In this document: positions 47,576 to 57,140 of the stretch, piece after piece | Layout: each line of letters opens with the position of its first letter | Numbering within the stretch: the stretch's first letter is position 1 | Translations under genes and position numbers: made by a program | From: an uncultured Chloroflexia bacterium | GTDB taxonomy: Bacteria > Chloroflexota > Limnocylindria > Limnocylindrales > CSP1-4 | Assembly: GCA_963749705.1 (NCBI GenBank) | Contig: CAVVNQ010000002.1 | Span: 160,001-224,000, forward strand | Direction of reading: 5' to 3' | DNA length: 64,000 nucleotides | The notes under the pieces: model-generated | Databases searched by the model: none | The model's input: the letters and a program-made list of their open reading frames with translations, nothing else | What the model was told of the DNA's origin: nothing

Positions 47576-48754
47576 GTGAGTCTCAACCCGCCGGTCCATG
47601 GCTCGATCCGCCTCGAGGAGGAGCACATCCTGCTCCGGGACGCAGTCCGCGTGCTCGCGGACGAGCAGATCGCACCGCGCGCCGCGGAGATCGACCAGCA
47701 GGGCGAGTTCCCCGAGGACGTCCGCCGGCTGCTTGCCGACCACGACATCCTGTCGATCCCGTTCGCGGAGGAGCACGGCGGGCTGGGCGGCGACCTGCTG
47801 ACGCTGTGCCTCGCCATCGAGCAGCTGAGCCGCGTGTGCGCGACGTCAGGGCTGATCCTGGCCGTCCAGTCGCTGGGCGCGATCCCGATCCAGGTGGCCG
47901 GAACGAAGGAGCAGCAGGATCGCTGGCTGCCGGGGCTCGCGTCGGGCGAGAAGCTGATCGCGTTCGGGCTGACCGAGGCCGACGCGGGGTCCGACCCGTC
48001 GGGCATCCGGACGCGAGCCGTGCGCGACGGCGACGAGTACGTCATCGACGGCGCAAAGCGGTTCATCAGCCACGCCAGCATCGCGGACTACGTGGTCACC
48101 TTCGCCGTCACCAACCCCGACGCGGAGCGGCCCAGCCGGCGCCTGTCGGCGATCCTGGTCGAGACCGACCGGCCTGGGTTCAAGGTCACCCGGCTCGAGC
48201 ACAAGATGGGCATCCGCGGCTCGCCCACCGCCGAGCTCGCGTTCGACGGCGTCCGGGTCCCGGTGGCCAACCGCCTCGGCGACGAGGGCCAGGGGTTCGC
48301 GATCGCGATGCAGACGTTCGAGCACTCCCGGCCCGGGATCGCCGCCCAGGCGGTGGGGATCGCGCAGGGCGCCCTCGACGTCGCTGCGCATTACGCGACG
48401 GAGCGACGCCAGTTCGGCAAGCCGATCGGGGAGCTCCAGATGGTGCAGGCGATGCTCGCCGACATGGACGCGTCGACCGAGGCTGCCCGCCAGCTGCTGT
48501 ATACGGCGTGCCAGGAGATCGAGGCCGGTGCCCCCGACGCGGCCCGCTGGGCGGCGATCGCCAAGCTCGTGGCCGGTGACGCCGCGATGCGCGTGACCAC
48601 GGACGCCGTCCAGGTCCTGGGCGGGTACGGCTACATCGACGAATACCCCGTCGAGCGGATGATGCGCGACGCGAAGATCACCCAGCTCTACGAGGGCACC
48701 CAGCAGATCCAGCGGCTGATCGTCGCCCGGGCGTTGCTCGCGAAGAGCTCGTGA
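47576..48754 (+). CDS. acyl-CoA dehydrogenase
   Basis: FGLTEADAGSD, GAKRFIS, KMGIRGSPT, RRQFGKPI, QVLGGYGY, RDAKITQLYEGTQQIQR. Confidence 0.94.
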   Translation: MSLNPPVHGSIRLEEEHILLRDAVRVLADEQIAPRAAEIDQQGEFPEDVRRLLADHDILSIPFAEEHGGLGGDLLTLCLAIEQLSRVCATSGLILAVQSLGAIPIQVAGTKEQQDRWLPGLASGEKLIAFGLTEADAGSDPSGIRTRAVRDGDEYVIDGAKRFISHASIADYVVTFAVTNPDAERPSRRLSAILVETDRPGFKVTRLEHKMGIRGSPTAELAFDGVRVPVANRLGDEGQGFAIAMQTFEHSRPGIAAQAVGIAQGALDVAAHYATERRQFGKPIGELQMVQAMLADMDASTEAARQLLYTACQEIEAGAPDAARWAAIAKLVAGDAAMRVTTDAVQVLGGYGYIDEYPVERMMRDAKITQLYEGTQQIQRLIVARALLAKSS

Positions 48755-48791
48755 CCGGCCGGCGCCTACCCGACCCGGGAGCGATGACCCT

Positions 48792-49580
48792 GTGCATATC
48801 CTGGTCCTGACCAAGCCCGTCCCCGATCCCGCCGCGAACGCCGAGCGGCTGGGCCCCGATCACCGCCTCGATCGTGGCGCCTCGCCGACCGTCGTCAACG
48901 GCAACGACGAGTACGCCCTCGAGGCGGCGCTCCAGCTGATCGAGGCGCACGGCGGCGAGGTGTCGATCCTGACGATGGCCCCGGCCAACGCGACCGAGAC
49001 GATGCGCAAGGCGCTCGCGATGGGCGCCATGCGCGGCGTGCTGGTGACCGATCCCGCGCTTGCGGGTGCGGACCTGCCGACCACGATCCGCGTGCTCGCC
49101 GCGGCCGCCTCCCGCCAACCCTTCGACCTGCTGCTGGCGGGGCTCGACACCTCGGACGGCGCCGCGGGTGCGGTCGCCGCGGGCGTCGCCGCCCGCCTCG
49201 GGCTGCCGCTCCTGTCGGCCGCCGCCCGGATCGAGCCGGACCCCGCGGCCGGCACCGTCCGCGTCCGGCGGCTGAGCGCGAAGGGCTACGACGTGCTCGA
49301 GTCGCCGATGCCCGCGGTGCTCTCGTGCACGCAGGCGCTCGGGACGCCGCGCTACCCGTCGCTCAAGGGGATCATGGCGGCCCGTTCACGAGAGATCGTG
49401 ACCCTGTCACTCGCGGATCTCGGCGACGCTGACCTCGCGCCGGCCGATGGCCAATGGGCGACCCGCGTGGTCGCGGCGGACAAGCCACCCGCGCGCGCCG
49501 CCGGTCGCGTCGTTACCGGCCCCGCCGCCGATGCCGCCCGCGAGATCGCCGACGTCCTCGCTGCCCGGAGGCTCATCTGA
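48792..49580 (+). CDS. etfB: electron transfer flavoprotein beta subunit
   Basis: KPVPD, NDEYALEAALQL, ALAMGA, PRYPSLKGIMAA. Confidence 0.92.
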   Translation: MHILVLTKPVPDPAANAERLGPDHRLDRGASPTVVNGNDEYALEAALQLIEAHGGEVSILTMAPANATETMRKALAMGAMRGVLVTDPALAGADLPTTIRVLAAAASRQPFDLLLAGLDTSDGAAGAVAAGVAARLGLPLLSAAARIEPDPAAGTVRVRRLSAKGYDVLESPMPAVLSCTQALGTPRYPSLKGIMAARSREIVTLSLADLGDADLAPADGQWATRVVAADKPPARAAGRVVTGPAADAAREIADVLAARRLI

Positions 49581-50557
49581 TGACCGCGCGCATCCTGGTG
49601 GTCGCCGAGGTCGGCGACGGTCAGCTCACCCGGCTGTCGGCCGAGGTCGCCACGCTCGCCCGCGCGCTCGCCGAAGCGGCGGGCGGCAGCGTCCAGGGCC
49701 TGGTGATCGACGCCTCGCCCGACGCCGCCGCGGACGAGCTCGCCGGGTACCTGCCGGCCGTGGTCACCGTGACCTCACCCGCGGTGGCCGGCGAGGTGTG
49801 GGCGCCCAGGGCGGTCGCCGAGATCCGGCGTCTGGTCGACGACGGCGTGACCCACGTGCTGCTCGGCTCCACGGCCGACGGCCGGGACGTGGCGGGGGCC
49901 CTCGTCGGGCTGCTGGGCTGGGGCCTGCTGGCAAACGCGAGCGGGGCGGCCTGGGAGGACGGCGGGCTGGTCGTCGAGGCCACCGTGCTCGGCGGCAAGG
50001 CGATCACGCGCAGCACGCTGACGGGCCCCACGGGCATCGTGACCGTCGGCCTCGGTGCCGTCGCGGCGGAGCCGGCGGGCGCAACCGGAACCATCGAGAG
50101 CGTGCAGCCCGCCCCCGAGCCCGCGACGCCCGCGGTTCCAGTCCTCGAGCGGGTCGCCGAGGCCGGGGCGGAGGCATCGCTCGAGGAAGCTCGGGTCGTG
50201 GTCGTCGGCGGCCGCGGCGTCGGGAGCCCCGAAGGGTTCGCCATCGTCGACGAGCTCGCCGGCATCCTGGGCGGGGTGACCGGCGCCACCCGTGCATCGG
50301 TGGATGCGGGCTGGATCGCGTACGCGCGACAGATCGGGCAGACCGGCAAGATCGTCAAGCCGGCGCTGTACCTGGGTCTGGGCGTGTCGGGCGCGATGCA
50401 GCACCGGGTCGGGATGCAGGGCGCCGAGACGATCATCGCGGTCAACCGGGACCCGGATGCCCCGATCGCGGAGATCGCCGACCTGTTCGTCGTGGGCGAC
50501 CTGTTCCAGGTCGGGCCGGCGCTGGCCGCCGAGCTCCGCGCCCGGCGCGGTACCTGA
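49580..50557 (+). CDS. etfA: electron transfer flavoprotein alpha subunit
   Basis: LEEARVVVVGGRG, GATRASVDAGW, QIGQTGKIVKP, GVSGAMQH..GM, AVNRDPDAPI. Confidence 0.93.
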   Translation: MTARILVVAEVGDGQLTRLSAEVATLARALAEAAGGSVQGLVIDASPDAAADELAGYLPAVVTVTSPAVAGEVWAPRAVAEIRRLVDDGVTHVLLGSTADGRDVAGALVGLLGWGLLANASGAAWEDGGLVVEATVLGGKAITRSTLTGPTGIVTVGLGAVAAEPAGATGTIESVQPAPEPATPAVPVLERVAEAGAEASLEEARVVVVGGRGVGSPEGFAIVDELAGILGGVTGATRASVDAGWIAYARQIGQTGKIVKPALYLGLGVSGAMQHRVGMQGAETIIAVNRDPDAPIAEIADLFVVGDLFQVGPALAAELRARRGT

Positions 50558-50582
50558 CGGTCCTGGCCGTGGGGAGCGAGCC

Positions 50583-51185
50583 GTGACCGACGGGACCGGG
50601 CTGTGGCTGCTGCTGCTGGCCATCCTGGCCTTCGCCGCCGCCGTGATCCTCCGCCGGATGGGCCGGCTGATCGCACGAACCCGGGAGCTCGAGGGCTTCC
50701 AGCGATCGGCCCGCCAGCTCGATCGGGCGTTCGGCGCAACGGCCGATCCGATGGTGGCCCGGCTCGACGAGCTGCGGCGTCACGCCGGTGATCCGCAGGG
50801 CCTGGTCGGGCTGCTCGGACCGGCCTCCGAGACGCTGCGCACCGCGGCGAACGAGGCCAGGGCGCTGCGGCCGCCCGCGAGGCTCAGGGGCGAGGCGCAG
50901 GGTCTCGCACGCGAGCTGGACCGCGCGATCCGGGCGACCGAGATGGTGGAGCACGGCCTGGACGCGCTGCTCGCCGTGCGGGGCGGCCGGGAGCTCGAGG
51001 CGCAGACCTCGCTCAAGCGCGGCGCGCTCAATCTCCGCCATGCTCGCTCGGCGTTCCACGAGATCGTGGCGCAGGTGCTGGCGGTCGGTCCGGCGGACGT
51101 GGCGACCAACGCGCCGACGCGCTCCACCGGCGCCGGAGCGACCGTCCCGACGTACATCGTCGACGGCATCGACACCGACCTCTAG
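50583..51185 (+). CDS. hypothetical membrane-anchored helical protein
   Basis: SD GGGGAG, GTG start, N-terminal TM (LWLLLLAILAFAAAVIL), helical body. Confidence 0.65.
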   Translation: MTDGTGLWLLLLAILAFAAAVILRRMGRLIARTRELEGFQRSARQLDRAFGATADPMVARLDELRRHAGDPQGLVGLLGPASETLRTAANEARALRPPARLRGEAQGLARELDRAIRATEMVEHGLDALLAVRGGRELEAQTSLKRGALNLRHARSAFHEIVAQVLAVGPADVATNAPTRSTGAGATVPTYIVDGIDTDL

Positions 51186-51196
51186 GCGGGCTACAA

Positions 51197-51243
51197 CCCC
51201 CGCATATAGTGGTATTCTCGCCACGCACCACTAGGGATAGTGG
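51197..51243 (+). promoter_or_regulatory. tandem NrdR boxes flanking an extended -10 promoter of nrdR-dcd
   Basis: CCCCCGCATATAGTGG (51197-51212) and palindromic CCACTAGGGATAGTGG (51228-51243), 31 bp apart; TGgTATTCT with hexamer at 51213-51218. Confidence 0.75.
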
Positions 51244-51266
51244 TCTGGTGGAGGATTGGAGGGTCG

Positions 51267-51752
51267 ATGCGCTGCCCCCAGTGCGGCACTCGTGACACGC
51301 GCGTGGTGGACTCGCGCGACCTCGACGAGGCCTCGACGATCCGGCGCCGCCGGGAGTGCCCGGCATGCACCACGCGGTTCACGACGTACGAGCGGGTCGA
51401 GGCCGCCCGGCTGGTGGTCGCCAAGCGCGACGGCATCCGGCAGGAGTTCGATCGCGACAAGCTCGCGTCGGGCCTGGCCAAGGCGCTGACCCGGCGTCCG
51501 GTCGCCGACGACGCGGCGGAGCGCGCGGCCGACGAGATCGAGAGCGAGCTGCGGTCCTCGGGGGCGTCCGAGATCCCCAGCTCGCGGATCGGCACCATGG
51601 CGATGGACAAGCTGCGGGCGATCGACCACATCGCGTACATCCGGTTCGCATCCGTGTACCAGAGCTTCGAGGATCTCGAGGACCTCAAGCGCGAGGTCGA
51701 CAGCCTGTTCGCGGAGGGCGGGGCGCCGAAGAAGCGGAAACCGCTCGCGTGA
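51267..51752 (+). CDS. nrdR: transcriptional repressor NrdR
   Basis: [30 protein letters not shown]-cone, AYIRFASVY. Confidence 0.97.
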   Translation: MRCPQCGTRDTRVVDSRDLDEASTIRRRRECPACTTRFTTYERVEAARLVVAKRDGIRQEFDRDKLASGLAKALTRRPVADDAAERAADEIESELRSSGASEIPSSRIGTMAMDKLRAIDHIAYIRFASVYQSFEDLEDLKREVDSLFAEGGAPKKRKPLA

Positions 51753-53392
51753 GCGTCCTCGCCGATCGCGACATCCGGGCGGAGCTGGAGTCGGGCCGCG
51801 TCCGGATCGACCCCTATGACCCGTCGGACCTGCAGCCGTCGTCCGTGGACCTCCACCTCGATCGCAGCTTCCGCGTGTTCCGCAACAACCGGTACGCGTT
51901 CATCGACCCCCGCTCGCCGCAGCCGGACCTCACCGAGCTGCTGAGCATCGGCGAGGACGAACCGTTCGTGCTCCACCCCGGCGAGTTCGTCCTGGGCCAG
52001 ACCCTCGAATGGGTGGAGCTGCCGGACGACCTGGTGGCAAGGCTCGAGGGAAAGGCGCTCGCCCTCGACACTCCGGTGCCGACGCCGTTCGGCTGGCGGA
52101 CGATGGGCGATCTCGAGCCGGGCGACCTGGTCTTCGACGAGCACGGAGTTCCGACGACCATCGTCGCGACGACGCCGCCCCTTGCGGATCGACCCTGTCG
52201 CGAGATCACGTTCTCCGACGGTGCAACCGTGATCGCGGACGCGGACCACCAGTGGCTGACGGTGGACAAGAACGGTCGACGCGCGGGGCGCTGGCAGGGT
52301 GCGATCCGCACCACCGACGAGATCGCGCGGACGCTCACGGTCCGTGGCGAGCGCAACCATCAGGTGCCGCTGCCAGGCTCGGTCGAGTACGCCCCGCGCA
52401 TCGACCTTCCGATCGAGCCCTACACGCTCGGGGCGTGGCTGGGAGATGGCACGACCACGAAGGCCGAGATCACCTCCTGCGACGAGGAGGTTCTGCGGCA
52501 GATCAGCGGCGACGGGTTCTCGGTGCAGCCGTTGTGGTATGCCCCGCATGCATATCGGATCGGTGGTGTCGGGCGCACCCGTGACGCAACGACGGGCCGC
52601 TACGCGCGCAACGGATCCCTGTCGAGCCGACTGCGCACGATGGGCCAGATGCACGGCAAGTTCGTCCCTCGGGCGTACCTCGAGGCGGGTGTCAGCCAGC
52701 GGCTCGCCTTGCTCCAGGGGCTCATGGATACGGACGGCTTCGTCGACGACGTGGCGGGACGGTGCGAGTTCACCAGCACGAACGAAGGCCTCGCCGATTC
52801 CGTTGTCGAGCTTGCCGCCAGCCTCGGCTTCCGGCCGGTGAGGTCCAGCGGGCGGGCGATGCTCAATGGCGTCGACCACGGACCCAAGTACCGGGTGAAG
52901 TTCACGCCCGACCGGCCGGTGTTCCGTCTGACCCGGAAGCTCGTCCGCCAGAAGCCGACCAGCAGCCGCTTCCATCGCTTCCGGGCGATCGCTGACGTGC
53001 GCGAGGTGGCCTCCGTGCCCGTCCGTTGTATCGAGGTGGCCTCGCCGCGAGGACTGTTCCTGGTGTCCCGCTCGTTCATCCCCACGCACAACAGCTCGCT
53101 TGGGCGCCTTGGGCTCCTCATCCATTCCACCGCGGGATATGTGGATCCGGGCTGGAAGGGCACGCTCACCCTCGAGCTGTCGAACGTCGCCAACCTGCCG
53201 ATCGCGCTGTACTACGGGATGCGAATCGGCCAGATCAGCTTCTTCCGGATGAGCTCGCCCGTCGAGCGGCCGTACGGCAGCAAGGAGCTGGGATCGAAGT
53301 ACCAGGGCCAGTCGGAGCCAACGGCATCGGCGTTCCACGCGGACTTCGAGCGCGGCCGGAAGGTGCGGGAGAGCGGGGAAAGCCCAACGTGA
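51749..53392 (+). CDS. dcd: dCTP deaminase (actinobacterial Dcd/Dut-like) containing an intein; 547-aa precursor, 201 aa after splicing
   Basis: [29 protein letters not shown]|intein|[37 protein letters not shown]. Confidence 0.93.
   Translation: MSVLADRDIRAELESGRVRIDPYDPSDLQPSSVDLHLDRSFRVFRNNRYAFIDPRSPQPDLTELLSIGEDEPFVLHPGEFVLGQTLEWVELPDDLVARLEGKALALDTPVPTPFGWRTMGDLEPGDLVFDEHGVPTTIVATTPPLADRPCREITFSDGATVIADADHQWLTVDKNGRRAGRWQGAIRTTDEIARTLTVRGERNHQVPLPGSVEYAPRIDLPIEPYTLGAWLGDGTTTKAEITSCDEEVLRQISGDGFSVQPLWYAPHAYRIGGVGRTRDATTGRYARNGSLSSRLRTMGQMHGKFVPRAYLEAGVSQRLALLQGLMDTDGFVDDVAGRCEFTSTNEGLADSVVELAASLGFRPVRSSGRAMLNGVDHGPKYRVKFTPDRPVFRLTRKLVRQKPTSSRFHRFRAIADVREVASVPVRCIEVASPRGLFLVSRSFIPTHNSSLGRLGLLIHSTAGYVDPGWKGTLTLELSNVANLPIALYYGMRIGQISFFRMSSPVERPYGSKELGSKYQGQSEPTASAFHADFERGRKVRESGESPT
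52055..53092 (+). mobile_element. class 3 intein with LAGLIDADG homing endonuclease domain (346 aa)
   Basis: Starts [11 protein letters not shown]; block B ADADHQW; LGAWLGDG and LQGLMDTDG; block F VRCIEV; ends IPTHN followed by Ser. Confidence 0.92.
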
Positions 53393-54264
53393 GCATCGAC
53401 GACGGCGTCGATTTCCGGATGGACCTGGGCGGCGGCACCACCGTGGCCCTGATCCAGGCCGGCACGTTCCGGTCGGACGCGGGAGCGCTGTTCGGTCCGG
53501 TGCCCTGGATCCTGTGGCGGCCCTGGGCCGAGGGCGAGATCGACGAGGACCGGCGGCTGCTCCAGGCGCTCAACTGCCTGCTGGTCGAGACGCCGGCCGG
53601 CCGCGTGCTCGTCGAGACGGGGATCGGGGAGCGGATCAACGACAAGGGCCGCGCGATGCGCGGCTACCTCGGGACGCCGATCGCGCCGGCGATGCGCGAC
53701 GCGGGCTTTGCCCCCGGCTCGGTCGACGTGGTCGCGATGAGCCATCTCCATTTCGACCACGCCGGGGGCCTGCTGCTGGCTGACGGTTCGCGCGCCTTTC
53801 CGCGGGCACGGATCGTGGCCCAGCGTGCCGAGTGGGAGCTTGCGCTCGGGGATAACAGCCGGGTGCTCGCCTCGTACGACCAGCCCGAGCTGCGGCTGGT
53901 GGCTGACTGGGGCGCCGAGGGCTGGGTCGAGGGCGATCGGGAGCTGGTGCCGGGCGTGTCCGTGATCGAGACCGGGGGGCATTCGATGGGACACCAGGCG
54001 ATCGTGGTCCGGGGCACCGGACCTGGCGCGCGCACGCTCGCGTTCTTCGGCGACCTGTGCATGCGGCCGTGGGCGGCCAACCCGCGCTGGGTCACCTCGT
54101 TCGACGACTTCCCGCTGGACAGCGTCGCGCGCAAGGGCGAGCTGTTCCGGCGCGCGGTCGACGAGGACTGGCTGGTCGCGCTGTCGCATGAGTCGCGGGA
54201 TCCTGTTGGGCGCCTGATCCCTGATCGCGACCGGTTCCGGTTCGAAGGGTTGCGCAGCGGCTGA
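53389..54264 (+). CDS. MBL-fold metallo-hydrolase (YtnP-like)
   Basis: [37 protein letters not shown]. Confidence 0.88.
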   Translation: MSIDDGVDFRMDLGGGTTVALIQAGTFRSDAGALFGPVPWILWRPWAEGEIDEDRRLLQALNCLLVETPAGRVLVETGIGERINDKGRAMRGYLGTPIAPAMRDAGFAPGSVDVVAMSHLHFDHAGGLLLADGSRAFPRARIVAQRAEWELALGDNSRVLASYDQPELRLVADWGAEGWVEGDRELVPGVSVIETGGHSMGHQAIVVRGTGPGARTLAFFGDLCMRPWAANPRWVTSFDDFPLDSVARKGELFRRAVDEDWLVALSHESRDPVGRLIPDRDRFRFEGLRSG

Positions 54265-54669
54265 GTCGGGCGCAATCCCGCGGACATGCTGTCGGTCGCG
54301 CGACCGCCGGACCGAACCCGACGTCCTGCCTCGCCCCCGGCCACCGGACCGCCCCTTGCCGCCGGGCCGCGCCGGTCCGCGCCACCGAACTCCTGCCACC
54401 TACCGCGCACCGTGGTGGTAGTCAGGCTCCTGCCACCTGTGCAGCACCCGAGGGAGCTTGCCCGGTCGCAGCTCGTGCACGGATCCGGCGTCTCGAGCCC
54501 GTTCAGGTCGGCCATTCCCCACGCCGACCCCGCCTACCACCACTGGCGGCGGTACCTGACGGCACTTTCGCGCGGTTCCGCCGATAGCACCGCTACCGGC
54601 GGTGCGCGACGCGACGAGAGGGACGGGTGCCGTACGACGGCATCGGCGCGCGCCCAGTAGCGCGCCGGA

Positions 54670-55350
54670 TCAGCTGCCCGGCAGCCACGCCTCCACTCGC
54701 GCCTTCGCCGTGTCGTCGGTGAGCGGCCCGTTGATCACCTCGAGGATCCGGCCATCGGCGCCGATGAAGAACTGCGTCGGCAGCGCGAACACTCGGTACA
54801 GCCCGAAGATGTCGGCGGACGCGTCGAACGCGATGTCATAGCCGAGCTCGTAGCGCTGCGCGTAGGCGCGCACGTCGTCGACCGTCGTCTCCTGGACGGC
54901 GATGCCGATGATCGACAGCCCGCGGGACCGGTACGCGGCGTCCATGTCGCGCAGGACCGGGGTCTCAGCCTGGCACGGCGGGCACCACGTCGCCCAGAAG
55001 TTGAGCCACACCAGCCTGCCGCGAAGGTCGGCCAGGCGGACCGGATTGCCATCGAGATCGGTCAGCATGACGGAGGTCCCGTCGGCGCGGACGGTCTCGA
55101 GCTCGGGGGCGACGTCGCCGGGTCGCAGCCCTTCCGTGGTCGGCCCGAGGACGTACGGCGTCGACGCCGGGATCGTGATGGTTCCGGTGGGGCCGGCGGC
55201 GATCGGGCGGGTGACGACGGTCAGGGTGACCGCGGCGACCACCACGATCAGGAGCACGGTCAGCAGCTGGCGGCCGCTGAACGGGCCGATGAGCCCGCGC
55301 CGCTGACTGGGCGGGGTCGGCTGCGGACCCGGCTCGGGCGCCGTCGTCAT
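54670..55350 (-). CDS. TlpA/ResA-like membrane-anchored thiol-disulfide oxidoreductase
   Basis: TM, LNFWATWCPPC, LPTQFFI. Confidence 0.9.
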   Translation of the reverse strand: MTTAPEPGPQPTPPSQRRGLIGPFSGRQLLTVLLIVVVAAVTLTVVTRPIAAGPTGTITIPASTPYVLGPTTEGLRPGDVAPELETVRADGTSVMLTDLDGNPVRLADLRGRLVWLNFWATWCPPCQAETPVLRDMDAAYRSRGLSIIGIAVQETTVDDVRAYAQRYELGYDIAFDASADIFGLYRVFALPTQFFIGADGRILEVINGPLTDDTAKARVEAWLPGS

Positions 55351-56165
55351 ACGAACGATGTGAACTGGAAGTAGCGCGGCAGCAGGACCAGGAGGTCGAA
55401 GATCATCGCCAGCCCGATGGCCACGACGAGCAGCCCGCCGACCAGCGAGACCGCGCGCCCGTGGCGAACCAGGAACCGCGTCACGCGCGTTGCGCGATCG
55501 TAGAACGCCGCGATGAGCAGGAACGGGATCCCGAGCCCGGCCGTGTAGCTCACCAGCAGCAGCGCACCCTGGAGCTTCGTGTCCGACACGGCAGCCATGG
55601 TCAGGATGCCGCCCAGGATCGCGCCGATGCACGGCGTCCAGCCGATGGCGAAGATGGCCCCCAGCGCGAACGCAGCGGGCAGGCCGGCGCGCCCACCCAC
55701 GAGCCGCCGGCCCAGGCGTCCACCGGTCCCGCCGCCCGGAGTGCCGCCGGCCGGGGCCAGGGTCATTCCGCCGGTCATCGAGGAGAGTCCCGCGGAGGCC
55801 CCGGCGTCGAGCGGGCGCCACGTCCGCTCGAGGATGGGGATGTTCACGAGGCCCGCCAGGCTCAGGCCCATGATCACGAGCACGAAGCCGCCGACCACGC
55901 GCAGCGGCTGGATGTAGTCGGCGATGGCGCCACCCGCGAACGCGGCGGTGACCCCGAGCAGCGTGAACACGGTGCCGAAGCCCGCGACGTAGGCGGCCGC
56001 ATGGCGCATCGCCGCCCAGCGCGACGGCGTCTCCCCCTGGTTGGCGGCGACCGCGACCGCGGTCAGCTGCCCGAGGTACGCGGGCACGAGCGGCAGCACG
56101 CACGGCGACAGGAACGAGATCAGGCCCGCCGCGAAGGCGACCAGGATCGTGTAATCGCCGGTCAT
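55347..56165 (-). CDS. ccdA: cytochrome c biogenesis protein CcdA
   Basis: AGLISFLSPCVLPLVPAYL, GWTPCIGAILG, YTAGLGIPF. Confidence 0.93.
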   Translation of the reverse strand: MTGDYTILVAFAAGLISFLSPCVLPLVPAYLGQLTAVAVAANQGETPSRWAAMRHAAAYVAGFGTVFTLLGVTAAFAGGAIADYIQPLRVVGGFVLVIMGLSLAGLVNIPILERTWRPLDAGASAGLSSMTGGMTLAPAGGTPGGGTGGRLGRRLVGGRAGLPAAFALGAIFAIGWTPCIGAILGGILTMAAVSDTKLQGALLLVSYTAGLGIPFLLIAAFYDRATRVTRFLVRHGRAVSLVGGLLVVAIGLAMIFDLLVLLPRYFQFTSFV

Positions 56166-56473
56166 GTGGCGGTCACCGGATCCCCGCCGAGCACCGCACC
56201 GCCGTCGAGCGTATCGGCCAGGAACCGGCGCAGCTTGGCGGCCGTGGTGGCCAGCTCCACCTCGTGGGCGCCGAAGACGACGACCGGAATGGTCAACGCG
56301 TACCGCCGCTGGAGCGCTTCGTCGCCGTCGATGCTCCGCTCCTCCAGCACCGGAGCCGGGAGGCCGCGAGTCGCGCGGTCGGCGAGCAGCCCGTCGAGCA
56401 TCGCGCGCGCGTCCTCGCACAGGTGGCAGCCGGGGCGGCCGTACAGGATGAGGGAGGGCAGGGGAGTGGTCAC
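56162..56473 (-). CDS. glutaredoxin-like protein (DUF836)
   Basis: LYGRPGCHLCEDA, RYALTIPVV. Confidence 0.85.
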   Translation of the reverse strand: MTTPLPSLILYGRPGCHLCEDARAMLDGLLADRATRGLPAPVLEERSIDGDEALQRRYALTIPVVVFGAHEVELATTAAKLRRFLADTLDGGAVLGGDPVTAT

Positions 56474-56575
56474 GGACCGATTGTAGGCGGGCTTTCGCGA
56501 TCGGCCCGGCGCAGCCCGCTCGTCCGTTGCGGTTGCGGCCTCCCGGCGCCATCGAGCGCCCGTATCATCGCCGCC

Positions 56576-56974
56576 ATGCCGGAGCCGTCACTGTACGACC
56601 AGGTCGGCGGGATGCCGTTCTTCGAGCGGCTCGTCGACCACTTCTACCGCGGCGTCGAGGGCGATCCCGCGCTGCTGGCGCTGTATCCGAACCAGGCCGA
56701 CCTGGTCGGCGCGCGGCGGCGCCTGACGCTGTTCCTGGTCCAGTACTGGGGAGGTCCGACGACCTACCTGGAGGAGCGCGGCCACCCGCGGCTGCGCGCG
56801 CGCCACTCGCCGTTCGCAATCGGATCGCCCGAGCGGGATCGATGGCTGGTGCACATGCGCGCCGCCATCGACGCGTCGGACGCCCCAGACGACGCTCGCC
56901 GCCAGCTGCACGAGTACGTCACGATGGCCGCCGATGCGATGCGCAACCGTGAGGATCTGCCCGCCGCAACCTGA
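56576..56974 (+). CDS. group II truncated hemoglobin (GlbO-like)
   Basis: LYDQVGG, FY, FLVQYWGGPTTY..RGHPRLRARH.PF.I...RDRWL. Confidence 0.92.
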   Translation: MPEPSLYDQVGGMPFFERLVDHFYRGVEGDPALLALYPNQADLVGARRRLTLFLVQYWGGPTTYLEERGHPRLRARHSPFAIGSPERDRWLVHMRAAIDASDAPDDARRQLHEYVTMAADAMRNREDLPAAT

Positions 56975-56998
56975 CCCGCTGGTACGATGCCGGTGCGC

Positions 56999-57074
56999 GC
57001 CCCCGTAGCTCAGTGGATAGAGCGCAGCCGTCCTAAGGCTGGCGTCGGCGGTTCGAATCCGTCCGGGGGCGCCA
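56999..57074 (+). tRNA. tRNA-Arg(CCT)
   Basis: GCCCCCG/CGGGGGC acceptor stem, anticodon arm CAGCC-GTCCTAA-GGCTG, TTCGAAT T-loop, encoded CCA; TACGAT -10 upstream. Confidence 0.95.
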
Positions 57075-57140
57075 TACGCAGACTCTCCGCAGTACCGCAA
57101 CACCCGCCGCGGCGATTGGCGCCATCATGGTCTCGACACC

